A stretch of DNA of 64,000 bases from the NCBI GenBank assembly GCA_964016885.1, contig OZ024743.1, positions 37,696,001 to 37,760,000 of the forward strand. The letters are read 5' to 3'. Numbering within the stretch: the stretch's first letter is position 1; every line of letters begins with the position of its first letter. The notes beneath the pieces are model-generated. The model was not told the DNA's origin and did not search any database. It worked only from the letters and a program-made list of their open reading frames with translations. The position numbers were made by a program, and so were the translations under genes. Of this stretch, positions 27,590 through 41,600 are shown in pieces. Source of the stretch: Eledone cirrhosa (taxonomy: Eukaryota).

Positions 27590-30500
27590 ATATGCAGTTA
27601 TTAATGCAAAAGTTTTGGAATGTTTTACATATTTCTACTGTTCCATTAATGGATTGTACTTGTAATTTCCTAACTAGTTGTGTTCTTCCGGTTCCTGTGA
27701 AGCCTAGCTTCTCAAGATTTGTATTGAGGCAGTTACTAACATACCCCAGTGTCCCAATAATCACAGGCATAAATCTGAAGGTGTAATCAGGGTGGAGTAT
27801 CTGCAGATTTCTATTCAGTTCTGCATAAATATTCTCCTTTTCGCTAATCTTTGATATTATATTGGCATCTGCTGGATAGCTAACTCCCACTACTGTGCAT
27901 GCCTTCTTGTCCCTGTCATCATGCCTGGTCTGTTATGCCTGCATTTTATTGGGGTTTTTACTGGAACATTCCACCAGTATCTTTCATATTATATACATGG
28001 ATGTCTTCCACATTGCTGTAGCCTTTAATGTGTTTATTATCGGAGCTATCTTTTTACGAACAGCATTGTACAGTGTTTTGGCCACTACATCATGCCTCAT
28101 AAGTAGATAGTACTGCAATGACATCTTTGGACAGCTGCTGATGACATGGGTGATATCATCGATGTTAGTTCTGCAGAGTCTGCACTTGTTATCACATCTA
28201 GGTGTTTTGCCTGCATCCATATCTCTTTTGTGAATCAGGTATTTCGTGTTAATCTCCTGTTCTTGGATTGCAAAAGCGTATCCTTCAAAGTGTAAGCCAA
28301 TATAGCGGTTGTTGGTCCAAGACAGACTACTTTCCTTATCTATAATACTCTCACTCAGGAGCTTCCTGGCAACAAATCCATGCATGATTTTTAGCGGATA
28401 AGTATGCAGTTTTACATCCATGGATTCACTGCGATACTGCTGAGCGACTTCTCTGGGTGTGGGTTTTTGATTATCACACAGGGAATATCTCTCGAGGAGT
28501 TGCTTCCCAACTCTCATGATCTTATCTGTTTCATGCAGATAGACTTGCTCGAGAGACAGGCTCATAAAGCTTCGGGGTACGTAGATATTGTCAGAGTGAT
28601 ATGATGCGACATTCAAATGCTGTCTGGACTGATGTTAGGCCTCTGCCTCCCTGCTTACGTTTCAAGTAAAAGCGGTCTATGTCACTGTTGATGTGGAAGT
28701 TTCCGGTGTTGTTTAGTATGTTTCGAGTTCCAACATCAACTGCTTGGATTTTGTCTATCGTCCAATTGAGTATTCCAAACGTTAGGATAGGCACAACAAA
28801 CACATTGTGAGCCCCTGTTTTATTTTGCGCAGAGAGTTCCGATGACCAAATCATTCTCAACCGGGTGTAGTATTCCCTGGTTACGCGTTCTTTATTACAG
28901 ATACCATTATATGATATGTTCTCATCTATCCCCAGGTATCTGTAAAAGTCCTCATCAGTAATGGGTGAAACAGTTAGGCCATTGATGACATCTGGCTAGA
29001 TTGGGTTGTTGTTCTTCCTCGCTTTACAGTGATGTATGAGCATTTATATGGGCCAAACTCCATTCCTATATCCTTTGAGAACGTTGTAACCAGGTCAAGA
29101 TCTTTCGTCATCCCATCCATGTGGTTGGCATAGAGTTTCAGATCGCCCACAAAGAAATTATGGGTTATGTTCATATTTCTGTCCTCCTGTGAGCCAATGA
29201 TGAATCCCTCACATTTCTTGAGCAGAAAGAATAAGGGGTTTAATGACAAGATGAATAATATCATTTTTTGCCAAGTGGGTGTCTTTGTTCTTGGGGACCA
29301 GATGTTTGGTTTCGTCTGAATTTTTTATTAAGCACCTTTCTCTCATCTACCTTCTTCAGGTATCGGCGTTTTTCGCTAACAGCTCTCAATTCTTGTTTGG
29401 GGGTGATCAGGTTATATTGAAGAGTTATGTTTCTAATGTTACCAAACATCGTCTCTATTTTATTGTTCACTCTTTGTTGGTGAGTAGTGAGGTTCTTTTG
29501 TGTTTGTTTGCATGTAAGGAGCATTGTCACATGTCCTATGGTTTTTCGTAGGGCAGCAATCTTTTTTTCTATTTTAGTTACATATGATGGTATTTTTGGT
29601 GGTGTTCTGTTCTTGTTAATATCTCTGCTATCAACAAGATAATGCTTCACTGTCGTTGCTAAGCCATATAAACAGGCGTTGATTTGCCAACATGTTGGGG
29701 TTTTTATCCGTCGTAAATATTCATCCCCTATTTCGTCAATAACACGTAAAAGTTCATTATTTTTATTTTTTATTTTTTTATTATTAAACATTGTCGTTTT
29801 AATACGTTCAGCAAGATATATATTTATACATGAATTAATTTCTCTCTGGAAGATTTCGTTGAGGGAAATTTTCAATTGTTTATACTTTTGATTATTATCC
29901 TCAACAGTCGAGGTAGACACGGATGGTACACGTGGTGTCAAATTTCTTCGATTATTATTATTATCGATAGTGTTTTCCCCAGGATTCGAGGTAGACTTAG
30001 GTGGTACAGGTGGTGTCAAGTTTCTTACAGACACTGTTGTTTCAAGGCGCTGTTCGACCTGGCTGTTAGGAAGTCTAGTAGCATGGCAACCTGTAGCACG
30101 TGTTGTTGATCCCATGTTTGTTGTGGGGGACTTACAATTAATACTATTTATCTTATTTTAACGTTCAACAAACGTCGCTTGTTGGCGTAATTGTTTCGCT
30201 GTGAAATAATTTAGCTCTGGGTGTATTATGTCGCAGTGTAGATTCATTCTGTTCATATAGCCAACGGAGGGATTGTTTTTTGCCATTTTATAACAATTAA
30301 ATAAATCGTTATTAAGTTCGCAACTCCAAGAGAAATACGATTTATAATTTCGGTTTCTTCTGTAGCTACAACTGAATAAAGTTCGTTTACCTTTCTTCTT
30401 GTTTGTCTTCGATACTTCCTTAATTTTGTTGTTGATCTTGTGTTCAGCCATGCTGTTTGTAGCAAATCCTTGTGAAATGAATTATGCATTTAGTCGGATA

Positions 30501-30810
30501 TCTCTACGAATTCGAATAAAATGTGTCTTCAGAAGATATAGTTAGAATAATAACCAGTTATTCAACATGACTGTAGTGGCATTACTGTCGGAGATAGTAT
30601 TCATCTTAAATTTAATAAATAGACTCCCACGCCAAAATATGCGACTTTTCCCGTTGATTGTATATTCGATGGTCGGGTTGTCGGCGACTAGACCGGCAAC
30701 CCCATCGAGCTTGATTAGTGAGGAAGATGTTATTTGCACAGACTGTGGGATGAAAAACTAAACTCGACAAAGGGCGGAGGAACTCAATAGAGTCAACAGC
30801 CATACAAATA
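27590..30810 (-). mobile_element. Decayed R4/Dong-clade RLE retrotransposon with an internal deletion in the RT
   Basis: N-terminal WSCELNNDLFNCY..GYMNRM; RT HNFFVGDLKLY; DIDRFYLKRKQGGRGL; CCHC CRLC..HVISSC..RHD; RLE C-terminus PVIIGTLG. The RT N-terminal half is missing near 29265. Confidence 0.85.
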
Positions 30811-30911
30811 GTGTGTACATTTGTGCGTGGGTGTATGGGTATTCTTTTTGTATATACTTATGTATTCGCATTTTTTGTGTGTGTATGTATGTGTGTATGT
30901 ATGTGTATGTT

Positions 30912-30950
<39 letters not shown>

Positions 30951-30958
30951 ATGTATGC

Positions 30959-30990
<32 letters not shown>

Positions 30991-31562
30991 ATGTATATGA
31001 TGTGTATATTTAATTTATCCTCGGATGTTACAAGAGTGTGCTTTTGTATATACATTTAATTCTTTTTTTATATAGTGTATACATGTGTGCGCGGTGACCG
31101 GAAATACCTGGATTGGCGTCTAGGTGAGCAGATAGCCTGCTGCAAGTGACATGCCCCCTTAGCTGTTGTCACAACACTTTTTTAAGAGAGGGAAACACTA
31201 AATTAACACTGCGGTGTTGAAGGCACCCGATGATGTTCACCAGTTCTTCTTTTCATTACATGCTGTCCATACTCAGAGACTGGGATTAGTTCTGTCCAAG
31301 GGTTTTCTTCAATTAAAACAGAATTTCAAGCACAGGCATCGCTTCATCGATTTCGACAGATACTAGGTTGCATTGTGGTTGGCAGTAGCCAACTAAAGAC
31401 AAAAATATTCAACGATGAACCATGAAAATGTCAGTTTTTTGTTTGTTTGTGTACAAGTATTTCTATTATTTTAGTATTTAATATGATAACGTCATAATTT
31501 TATTGATGAAAACGAAATAATATATATATATATAATTCATACACAATAAAAAATGTAGAATT

Positions 31563-31596
<34 letters not shown>

Positions 31597-31845
31597 TTAC
31601 TTTATTAACCACAAGGGTTTACATAAAGTAGACATTAAGGACAGTGCAGGACAATACAGGACGGTACAAATGGGCATTTCTGCGTGTAAAAAAACAAAAA
31701 TAGAGGATGTAACAAAAAATAACAATGAAAAATTCCCCAATAGGGGGGAGACTTCGGAGGGACATTTGTGGAGAAAGCCCAGTAAAAGGCCACAGTGACC
31801 CTGACCACCAAGGCAAGTGCCCTCTCCCAGTTTTCCACCTTTAAT

Positions 31846-34800
31846 TTAGAGATACGTACTCAGAGTAGGCCCATTCACTCGGGCCATTCTTGCTTCTCTC
31901 ACCCATCTTTCAACAAAATGCTGGGAAGAGAGCACTTCCCTCTCTACTCTGATTTTCCTTTTCAAATGAAATTTGAAAAAGTCAATCAGGGCATCACCGA
32001 AGAGGTTAGTGGTCGTCTTCAGCCCTTTCAAACGTGTCCACCATACTATCTCTTTCGCCATGGCCACCAGACAGATAAAAACTGCCTGCCCTTCCCCGCT
32101 AAAGGAAGAGGGCGGGACAATCCTCACGATGGACTCAGATGATAGCCGGATCCGTCCTACACGCGACAGCAGGTGTTAGACATAAACCCACAAGTCAGCA
32201 ATTTTCGGACACTGGACGAGTGCGTGCAGGACGGTTTCGTCGCCCTGAGCGCATCTCGGTCATGCCCGGCTGACGGCACTTCCATGCCTGTAGAGTTTAT
32301 CCCGAACTGGCAAGGCTCCTCGGTAGCACTGCCAGGCCAGAGATTTCTGGAAGTTGTCCATAGGTCCCGACCCGAAAGTTCTTCCGAAGAGATTGGCTAG
32401 TTGATTTTCGTCGACGCCTAGAGTTTCCTCAAGTACGTCGTCGCTCTTCCCCTCCACTAATCCTCTATAGAACGCCGAGGTGGAGTTTCCACTGATCACA
32501 TTGCCCGATTGGTCGAGGGCTGTGAGCACCTGAAGACATTCCAGTCTCCAGGCGCTCCCTCTCCGTCTTCGCTTGACCCAGGACTGCAGCTCTGTTAAGG
32601 AAACGAGCTGGGGAAATACGTGTCTAGCAAACGGCGACCACACCTGATCACCGTCGAGGAAGAGGTCGAGATGTCGTAGCCTGAGCGCGTGTCTGCGCAT
32701 CATCAGCCACGGCATTCCCAGCCCTCCACATAGCGGGTGTTGACAGGAGATAGACCGCCTGACCATCGGAGCGCGTCCCATCCACAAAAAGCGAAAGAGC
32801 AAACGCTCCAGCGCAGTCAGGCGAGGCTTAGGACAAGGTACGATGGTCAGGCGGTAGCAGATGACAGACGCGATGTACGCGTTAGCCACCTCTGCTCGAC
32901 CTTTCAGGGATAGCTTCCTCTCCGCCCATTTCTGGGTGAGAGAAGCCACCCTGCTCGTCACCTCGTCCCAGTTTTTGTCCGTCTGGAGGTCCGGACCGAA
33001 CCAGACCCCTAGCAATTTAACCGGTCCGTCCGTCCAGTGTCCGACGACGCTGTTGGACGGCATGGACCTGCCTCTCCAGGTGCCGAGCTGCAGGCCCACT
33101 GACTTTTCCTGGTTGATCATTGCTCCTGTCACCGCTTCGTATTCTCTTAGTGTAGTGCCGATCGCCTTGATGTGTTTGGCGTTCGACACAACTACGGTGA
33201 CGTCGTCCGTATATGCTGACACGGATCTTCCGCATCCTAGTTCGCGCGAGACGCCCCTCAACGTCTCCAGTTTGTGCAGTAATGGTTCGAGAGGCAATAC
33301 GTACAAGAAGGACGAGAGGGGACATCCTTGGCGGACCGAGCGCATGATGTTGAACGGTTCCGAAAGGTGACCGTTCACTCTCACCACAGAGCAGATAACG
33401 CTGTGCATCTCAGCGATCCAGCCTCTGAAGACGGGCCCAAAGCCAGCCGCCCTCAGGACTGCCGCTAGGTAACGATGGTCGACCCTATCGAAAGCTTTCG
33501 ACTGATCTAAATTGATCAAGGAGCCACCCGTGCCAGGTTCCCTAGCTACCCTCTCTACGATGTATCGCATGAGGTGGAGGTTGTCGTTGTTGGATCTGTC
33601 GGGAGTGGCGCATGTCTGCGCATCTCCCACCAGACCACCAACGACAAGCGCCAACCTCTTTGCTAGCACCTTGGCCAAAATCTTGAACTCTGTGTTTAGC
33701 AGAGTTATGGGCCTGAAATTATCTATGTTATGCCCCTCGTTCGGATCCTTTCTCAGCAGTGCCACCGCTCCTCGGCTCACAGAACTGGGAATTCTCCCGT
33801 TCTGTTGCCAGTTGTAGTAGACGTCCGCCAAGAGGCCTCCGAAAAAGTCTGGCATCTGTACGTAAAGTTCATAGGGCAGACCATCCAAATCAGGCGATTT
33901 ACCCCTTGTACAGCCAGTCATTGCTTCTCTTACTTCAGCGGCTGTTATCGGCTTTTCGCAACACTCCGCCTCAGTGGCCGAGAGCCGCGGCAGTCCGTCG
34001 AGGTAGACACTAAAGTCCATCCCTCGACCCGGCCCACCGCTGCCCCCGAACAGCTGAGCGAAGTGTCGCTGAAAATCTTCACACATTTGCCCGGGATTGA
34101 GTAGCATGCACCCATCATGGTCCACCAAAGACCGGATCGTGGCTTTGTTGCCACGACGCGCCTCCGCCACTCGGGCCCATTGAACGGCTTTCGTCACCTC
34201 GTGTCTGAGAGCACGCACCCTAGCTCTGCCAACGCAGCCTTCGTGCTTTGCATTGAAGAATTGATCAAGGGCCAATTTCACTGCAAGCACGTCGGTCGCA
34301 ATGCCTTTGCTAAGCGCCTCGTCTAATTTTCTAACTAGTTCTGCCTCTGCTCTATTTTTCTCTATTGCTAAAGCGTTACTAAACCTAATGTACTCTCTTG
34401 TAATCGCTCTTTTCAGAGCAAACCACCACTTGTTGTTGACGATGGCCCCCGTCAACGCCCGCTTAACTAGTTCGCTAATCCGGTCTCTGTAGGCCTTGCG
34501 CGCTGGTAAGGACGCGTTTAGCTTCCAGTAGCCGGGTCCTCGTCTATGAAGCCTATCTAAGTCAAGCACACAGATCACGAATTTGTGGTCCGTGTAGCTG
34601 ACTATCTTGAATTGTGGACAGCCTATGCTAGACCTATCTATTTCCGTACAAAATACTCTATCTAGATATGATCTGGATGACCCTATGCGATTTGTCCATG
34701 TCCACATTGGCACATTCGGGAAATCCAATCGGTACCTGTAAGACAGTTCAAAACGCCTGAGCAGATTGGTTAGGCTCTTGCACCCTCCACCCCTATCCGC

Positions 34801-35264
34801 TAATCCCACACAGTCCCAGCATGCATCTAAGATCCCGTTCCAGTCGCCCACTAACACTAAAGAGCGGGACGTTCAAAGAAAGGTCTCCAGACGCCGGAAG
34901 AAATCAGGCCGCCCTGCTCCTGTCGGGGCATAGACGGCCACTAGCCTGAAAGCTTGCCCGTCTCCGCTGGTCACATCCAGCACCACCAACTTACCCTCTG
35001 GGTCCAGGAAGATGGCCCGTATGGCGAGATCCAAACCTCTCCGAAAAAGCACAGCAACTCCTCCCCCGATCCAGGACGGCTGGGAGATGCGTACACATCG
35101 TAGCCGCCGAAGATCGGTGCGAAGGCCCGTGCTTCGGAGAATCTGGTCTCGCTGATGGCCACTACATCTATGTTTAGTGACCTGAGGTCGTTGAGCTGGT
35201 GACCCTGCTTCCATGACGACCCCAAGCCACGCGCATTTATGCTGCCTATTCTGAGTGAGGTCAT
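31846..35264 (-). pseudogene. Tx1-A ORF2 (APE endonuclease, RT, C-terminal Cys-rich domain), disrupted
   Basis: SINARGL, ISET, GDWN, SYLD, YTDH, WKLN; RT NFRPITLLN, DQSKAFDRV, RQGCPLS, YTDD. Frameshift at ~35070, stop at 34873, frameshift at ~32265. Confidence 0.92.
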
Positions 35265-35299
35265 GTTTAAAATAGAGTGGAAAAGATGGGAAAGACCAC

Positions 35300-37420
35300 T
35301 TACCGTACTTTTCGTAGAGGAAGGATGGTTTTTACATCCCTTTTCACTTGATCGTCTGGTGAAGGGACCGTTGAATCGTCCCTTCGGCTGGTCGTCGGCT
35401 CTTCTTTGAGTATGTCCGAATATACTCTTCGGTTGAGAGTCCCTCCTAGGTCTCTGAAATCACCAACTGCGTTGGGGAATTTCGTTTTAATGTTTGTGTA
35501 TTGTTTCTGTGCTATTTTTAGCAGTCTTATGTTAGTTGGCGTTTTGATTGGTGCTGGTATTATGTAGTCGTGCTGTGAAATGTCTGTGTGTTCAATGATG
35601 TAAGTCATTAGTTTCTTGTTGTGTGTATTTATTGCCGTGCATTTGTTTTGCTGGGGGTGGGGTGTGGTTCTGCTATTTTCTTGTCGTTGTTGCTGGGTGT
35701 GTGTGTTTTGTTGTTGTGTTTGGGATGTTGGTGCTTGTGGTGGTGGTGTTGAAGGTGTTGTTGTTGTTGGCGGTGGGGTTGTCGCCGGTGGTGATGGTGG
35801 TGCTTGTGTGGGTGGTGCTGGTGTTGGTGGTGTTGCTGCTGTGAGTCTCTTTGCAGTAGCCTTTACCCTTTTTTCATTTCTTTCTCCCTTTTCGAAGGCG
35901 ACGATGCGCTGCTTCTGCATTTGTGCCTTCTTACGACCTTTTGCCATCCCTCTCCCACCTCACACTCCATGTCTGATTCTGTGAGGTTGGGGAGGGGTAC
36001 CAGCTCCACTCTTTCACTTGTTGTTGTTGGTGATGTTTGCACTGGAGTCTCTGTTGCAGCTGCATTTGGTATTACTGTTGTTGTTGTTAATACTTCCACT
36101 GCTGCTGCTGTTTCTGATTTCCGTGGCGTGGGTATGGGTGCCACGGACCTATCGTTACTGGTTGCCGCTTGTCCTGTTGCTGATAGCCGTGGGACCGGTT
36201 TCGGAAGGAGGGGGATTTTCTCCTTTCTCAGGGTCTTCTCGTTGCAGAAGGCCCTGAGGTGAGTCTTCGATCCACAGCGAAAGCATTTCGGGCGTTTGCC
36301 CTCAACACTTATGGGCAGTTGAGTGCCGTTATCGAAGTCTATCACATCCGGGATAGCTTCGATGCACTCCTGGTTGGTTTGGATTAACATCTCAATGGAG
36401 GTTCCGGCACAATCTTCTCTTACTTTTTTCTTTACTTGCAGTAAAGTTGCTTTGTCCTCGATTCCGACGAGGACAGACGCGGCCAGCCAAGAAGGGGCCA
36501 TCCAGGGGGGGGGGGTCGTGGATCAGTTTGATCCTCACAATTTTTTGCCCGCAGTAGGAGGGCACCAACACCATTTCCTCGCTCCTTAGGGTCACTAAGC
36601 ATTGAGCCTTTGCCTCCTGGGGTGTGGCAAAAAGCACGTCTACGGTGGCATATTTCTTGCCTCGGGTGATGTGCGTTTTCCGCTGCCACACAGACCCTAA
36701 GGCTTTTTGTTTTTGAGCCTCTGTGGATCTTTCAACCCTACAGGGTTTTGTGCTTACTGTACGATACGTGACCGTACAGTGCTGTTGGGTTTCGAAACAT
36801 TTTTCGGCTGCCTTGCAGATTGCTCGGTGTCCGGTTTTCGTCACCATCTTCTTCGCTTCCTCTAATTCCTCATTTGTTATGAGGATGGTTTCCAGTTTCT
36901 TTGCGATACCTGCAAACGAGATTGGTTTTTCTTTGCTGCTGTTGTTGTTGTTGTTGTCGTCAGAGCTGCTGTTACTTTTGTTGTTGCTGCAGGTACTACG
37001 ACTACTGCCACCGCCGTTGTTGCTGTGGTTGTTGTTGTTGCTGCTGCTGCTGTTGTTGTCGCTGTTGTTGCTAATGCTGTTGTTGTTTATGCTGCTGCTG
37101 ATGCTGCTGCGGCTGCTACTGTTGTTTTCCTTGTCACTGTTGCTGCTACTGCTATTATTCCTGACGTCAGACGAATGAAATGGATTTTCGTATTTCCCGC
37201 ACACCTTTTTCGTCTTTGTCGTCGTCGTCGTGGAGAAATCTTGCACGCTTTGCACGTGATTTTTCATTTCTGGAGTCGCTTGCGAAAGAGAAGGGAGGGA
37301 GAGAGACACATTTAGAAAAGGGAGGGAGAGAGACATTCTTCTCTCTGCTGTAGTGACGATTGAGGAAGAAGAAGACGGAATGAGTGGGAGTGATCTATGA
37401 AAATTCTTTTTCGTAGCCAT
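35300..37420 (-). pseudogene. Tx1-A ORF1 (gag-like, CCHC knuckle), frameshifted
   Basis: N/S-rich N-terminus; CFRCGSKTHLRAFC (CX2CX4HX4C); T/P/Q-rich tail. Shifts near the G11 run at 36505-36515 and at ~35900. Confidence 0.85.
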
Positions 37421-37548
37421 GTTTTTTTTTTTGTTTAAAATAAATATTGGGCACAAAACCCCAGTAAGCGGTTATTTAACCCCGAAGGGCCAAATAACGG
37501 GCAGAACAACCCCTCTCGCGAGGAGGAGCGTGTTTTTGTCTACAAGTT

Positions 37549-38582
37549 AGATAGACTCTACTTAAGGAGATCTGAAGGTGGAAGAGGTCTTATCACCATA
37601 GAGGACTGTGTTCAGATGGAGAAAAACAACCTACACAAATACGTGACTGATAGTAAGTATCAAATGCTCAGAACTGTACTGAAGGAGGGGACAATAGACC
37701 AGGGGATGTACGAGGAGGAAATAACATCAAGGAGAAAGAGCAGCCTTCAGGAAAAATCCCTTCATAATACCTTCTTTGAGAAAACTGAATTCAGAGATCC
37801 ACAGACATGGAACTGGTTGAAAAGAGGAGACGTTAAAAAGGCTACAGAAGGAATATTAATGCTGCGCAGGAGCAGGCCTTCAAAACGAAGTGGTTGAGAC
37901 ACCATATTTACAAGGAGGAGGCTAGCCCACTGTGCAGGATCTGTGGAGAGAGAGAGTAGACTGTGGCTCACATTGTATCCGAGTGTAAACACCTAGCCCA
38001 GACTCACTATAAGGGCTGGAGACATGATGTGATGTGCAGGGTGATCCACTGGCACCTGTGCAAAGTGAACAGTTTACCACATTCTGAGAAATGGTATGAG
38101 CATAAGCCAGAGGCGGTGATGGAGAACGATCAGGTGAAGGTGCTGTGGGATTTTAGGATACAGACGGACAAGAAACTGGAACACAATAGACCTGACCTGG
38201 TGGTTTTGGACAAAAAAAAAAGATCTTGCCTGATTGTGGATGTGGCCTGCCCATTCGACACGAGAGTGCAAGAGAAGGAGAGGGAGAAAATTAACCGGTA
38301 CCAGGATTAAAGTGGGAGGTAAAAAGGATTTGGAACTGCCATGAAGTCAAAGTGGTCCCGATTGTCATAGGCGCACTAGGTACTATCTCAAAAGGTTTCC
38401 AGGGATGGTTAAAGAAAATTGGCCCCTTCACGCTTTTTGGAACGCTTCAAAAGGCATGCCTGCTGGGAACAGCAAGATCCCCTCCGATACGTCCTGAATA
38501 TCTGAGGCTGCAGGCAGTGGCTTGATATTCATTTCATCGAACTTTCCAGTTAACTAACATCAATGACTGAGACTCAAAGAAC
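37549..38582 (+). mobile_element. Dong/R4-clade element copy 1 (5'-truncated) ending in (AAT)6
   Basis: CRICGE..HIVSEC..RHD, WDFRIQTD..HNRPD..VDVACPFD..KEREK..Y; near-identical to the 3' part of copy 2. Confidence 0.92.
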
Positions 38583-38600
38583 AATAATAATAATAATAAT

Positions 38601-41600
38601 ATAGGGAAGAAAATGCGCATGGTGGATATATATCGTTATGGAATCGCTCCCGTAAATTTTTGATTTTTACTTATTTAAAACAACTGTGATAGAATAATTC
38701 TTATTACAAATAATGTGTAACATTACAGTTTTTTACGCTCAGCAAGCCATAGCACATTAATTTACGGCATAGGGCCCCAATATTTAATATTTAATTTTGG
38801 ATCAGAAATGTTATAGTCGAAAAAGAGGAAAATGGCAAAATGGCTAAATAGCTAAATAGCTAAGTGGACAGACAGGCAAATAATTTCACCACCAACACCA
38901 CCACCGCCACGATCACCACTACCACGCCGAAAACTCTAGTCAAGTTACCTCAACTTCTATTTCTACTTCAACTTCAACACCATCACTACAGTACTACGAT
39001 CACATCACCACCACCACTGCCTCATTATCGCTACTGCCGCTATTCTCTCCCACTACCACCTGCTAAGTACTACTAGCACAGCACCACCACCAGGACCACC
39101 ACTGCCTCATAATCACAACCGCCGCTATTCTCTCCCACTACCTCCTGCTAAGACATGCTTCGTAGTGTCCCCACTAAAAGAGGAAGGCATCAAAAGATAT
39201 AAATTGACTGATTTGATGACCCGGTCAAAAAGTAAAAAAAAACAAGAATCAAAATCAAAACAGCACAGCAACAACGAAAAACGCAAAGAAAAGAAAAATG
39301 AAAAGAAAAACAAACAGACAGACAGAGAAGGAAAAAAAAAAAACTAAGTCAGACATTCAAACATTACATTACAATGAAACTTATGCTTATTCTTTTTTGT
39401 TTTTTTGTACCTATTTGTTTGTTTGTTTATTTATGTTCGTCTACAGCGTGATAGTGCCACACTAAAATCACGGGGGGTGATGAAATCACCGGTGGTTATG
39501 TAACCATACATTCACCAATCTTCGATAAGAGTGTTTAAATGTCGAACCTAAACAGTTCGAATAACGGTGAAGTGGAGACTGGATTGTCATGTGACAGACT
39601 CTCACCCAGCAGGTGCTCCCTGGCTCAGCAGCAGGGACCTGGCTGTCAAACAAATACTGCTGGTGTTGGAGGAAGAAGAAGAAGGAAAGGGACCAGAACC
39701 AACTGGACGAAAGAATTGAATAGAACTGTTATGCAATGTTACCTGAAGAGTAACCCCAAGGAGAAAGGCTATAGGAAACGGATGCATAACATCTGGAACG
39801 AGATTGGTCTATTTAAATTAGATGAACAAAAATTGGCCGGGCAGGCTCGGGTAATAAGAACTAATGGAGGGACAAGCGAGCTGGAACAGGAGGAACTGAG
39901 CAGAGAGATTAGGTTGGAAATAGAGAGTGGAGTACGCCAAGCAAACGAGCCAGTGGGAAATAAAGGTGAAGAGGTTGAGAGAACGGAGGAACCATCCGAA
40001 GCAGACAATGATCTGAATGCTGAAATAAATAATACCTGGGACAAAGATACGGCCATTGAGGAGATGAATGCTGACGGGCTAGGACAAGATTTGGTTGATA
40101 TCCTAAACTTAGTGGTAGATGAATTGAACCTATGAACCTAAGATTTGTAGACAGGAAAAAGTGGGAAACCTATGAACCTAAGATTTGTAGACAGGAAAAA
40201 GTTAAAAGAAACAACAGCTAAGGTAAACAAAGTCATCCCATACCTTGAGGTGAGGAGCCTTCACTAGTGCAACAATATCATCAAAGCAACAGCAACTGCG
40301 GTGAGGAAATTACTTGGCATAAAAGCGAGAAGAAACAACAAACAAGAAAGATCAGAACCTTGGTGGAAGAAACGACTGAATGGTCAAATCAGGGAAATGA
40401 GAAATGACATTGGAAAGCTTGAGTCCCTACTGAAAGGGACACTAAAAAACATAGACACTAAAAATAGACTGGAAATAAAGTACAAAACAAGGAGGAAAAA
40501 GCTAAATATTATCATAGAGGAACTGAAGTAACGCATTGTAGCAAAGAGTGCAAAAATTAGGCGAAATAGTGCAGAGTCAGTATAGACAGAACCGCATGTT
40601 TGACAACAACCAGAGGATGCTGTTTGGACAGCTTGAAGGGAAAGAAAGAGGCAACGACTTGATCCCTGAGGCGGAACAAACTAAGACATTCTGGAGAGGA
40701 ATATGGGAGCAGGATGTTAAACATAATGACCAGGCAGTGTGGATTGAGACAGTACAAAAGGAGATTAGTGAACAAGCACACCAACAAACTGATTTGAGTA
40801 TCACAGTTGAAACTCTTAAGGGGCAGGCCAAAAAAACTAACCAACTGGAAATCACCAGGCCCAGATGGTGTGCAGGGGTATTGGATTAAATATATAACAT
40901 CCCTCCTCCCGAAACTGACAACCATGTTCAATGACTGCTTGATGTCAGATGAGGTACAGAGAGGTTGACAAAAGATACCACAGTTCTGGTAATGAAAGAC
41001 CGAATCAAGGGTAATGATGTTACCAAATATAGACCTATCACATGTCTGTCCGTAATGTGGAAACTGTTGACAAGCATTATGTCTGAGGAAATCTACCATC
41101 ACCTCCACACAAACAACTTGTTACCGGACGAACAGAAAGGATGACGAAAGAAGTCCCGTAGTACAAAGGACCAGTTACTTATTGATAAGATGGTAATGAG
41201 GAATTACAAGAGGAGACACACTGGTCTTGCCATGGGATGGATAGACTACAAAAAGGCATTTGACATGGTGCCTCATTCTTGGATCACCAAAAGCCTAGAG
41301 ATCTTCAAGGTGGCAGATAACATCAGACAGTTGTGGGGAAAAAGTATGAGGTCCTGGAAAACAGAGTTAACATCAGCTGGAGAATCCTTGGGAAGCGTGA
41401 AAATCAAGAGAGGTATCTTCCAGGGAGATAGTCTGTCTCCTCTGTTGTTTGTCCTTGCCCTGATGCCCCTGACCATTATACTGCGAAAAGTGAGAGCAGG
41501 TTACAAGTTGGGAAAGGGAGAGCTTACCATCAATCACCTCCTTTTCATGGACGATCTTAAGCTCTTCGGGAAGAGTGAGAAGGAGTTGGATGTGCTTGTT

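Larger units (their letters stand above)
31595..37542 (-). mobile_element. Tx1-clade LINE copy A, full length, 3' end in (AAT)10
   Basis: ORF1 and ORF2 (APE-RT) present; 3' UTR ends AATAAA-gtaatc-(ATT)n at 31565-31606. Confidence 0.92.

Noticed and set aside
31090-31420. GC-richer segment with hairpin gttggc-agta-gccaac-taa, resembling an RTE 5' UTR/HDV-like ribozyme
   Set aside because: P1, P2 and P3 could not be assembled and no linked ORF follows.
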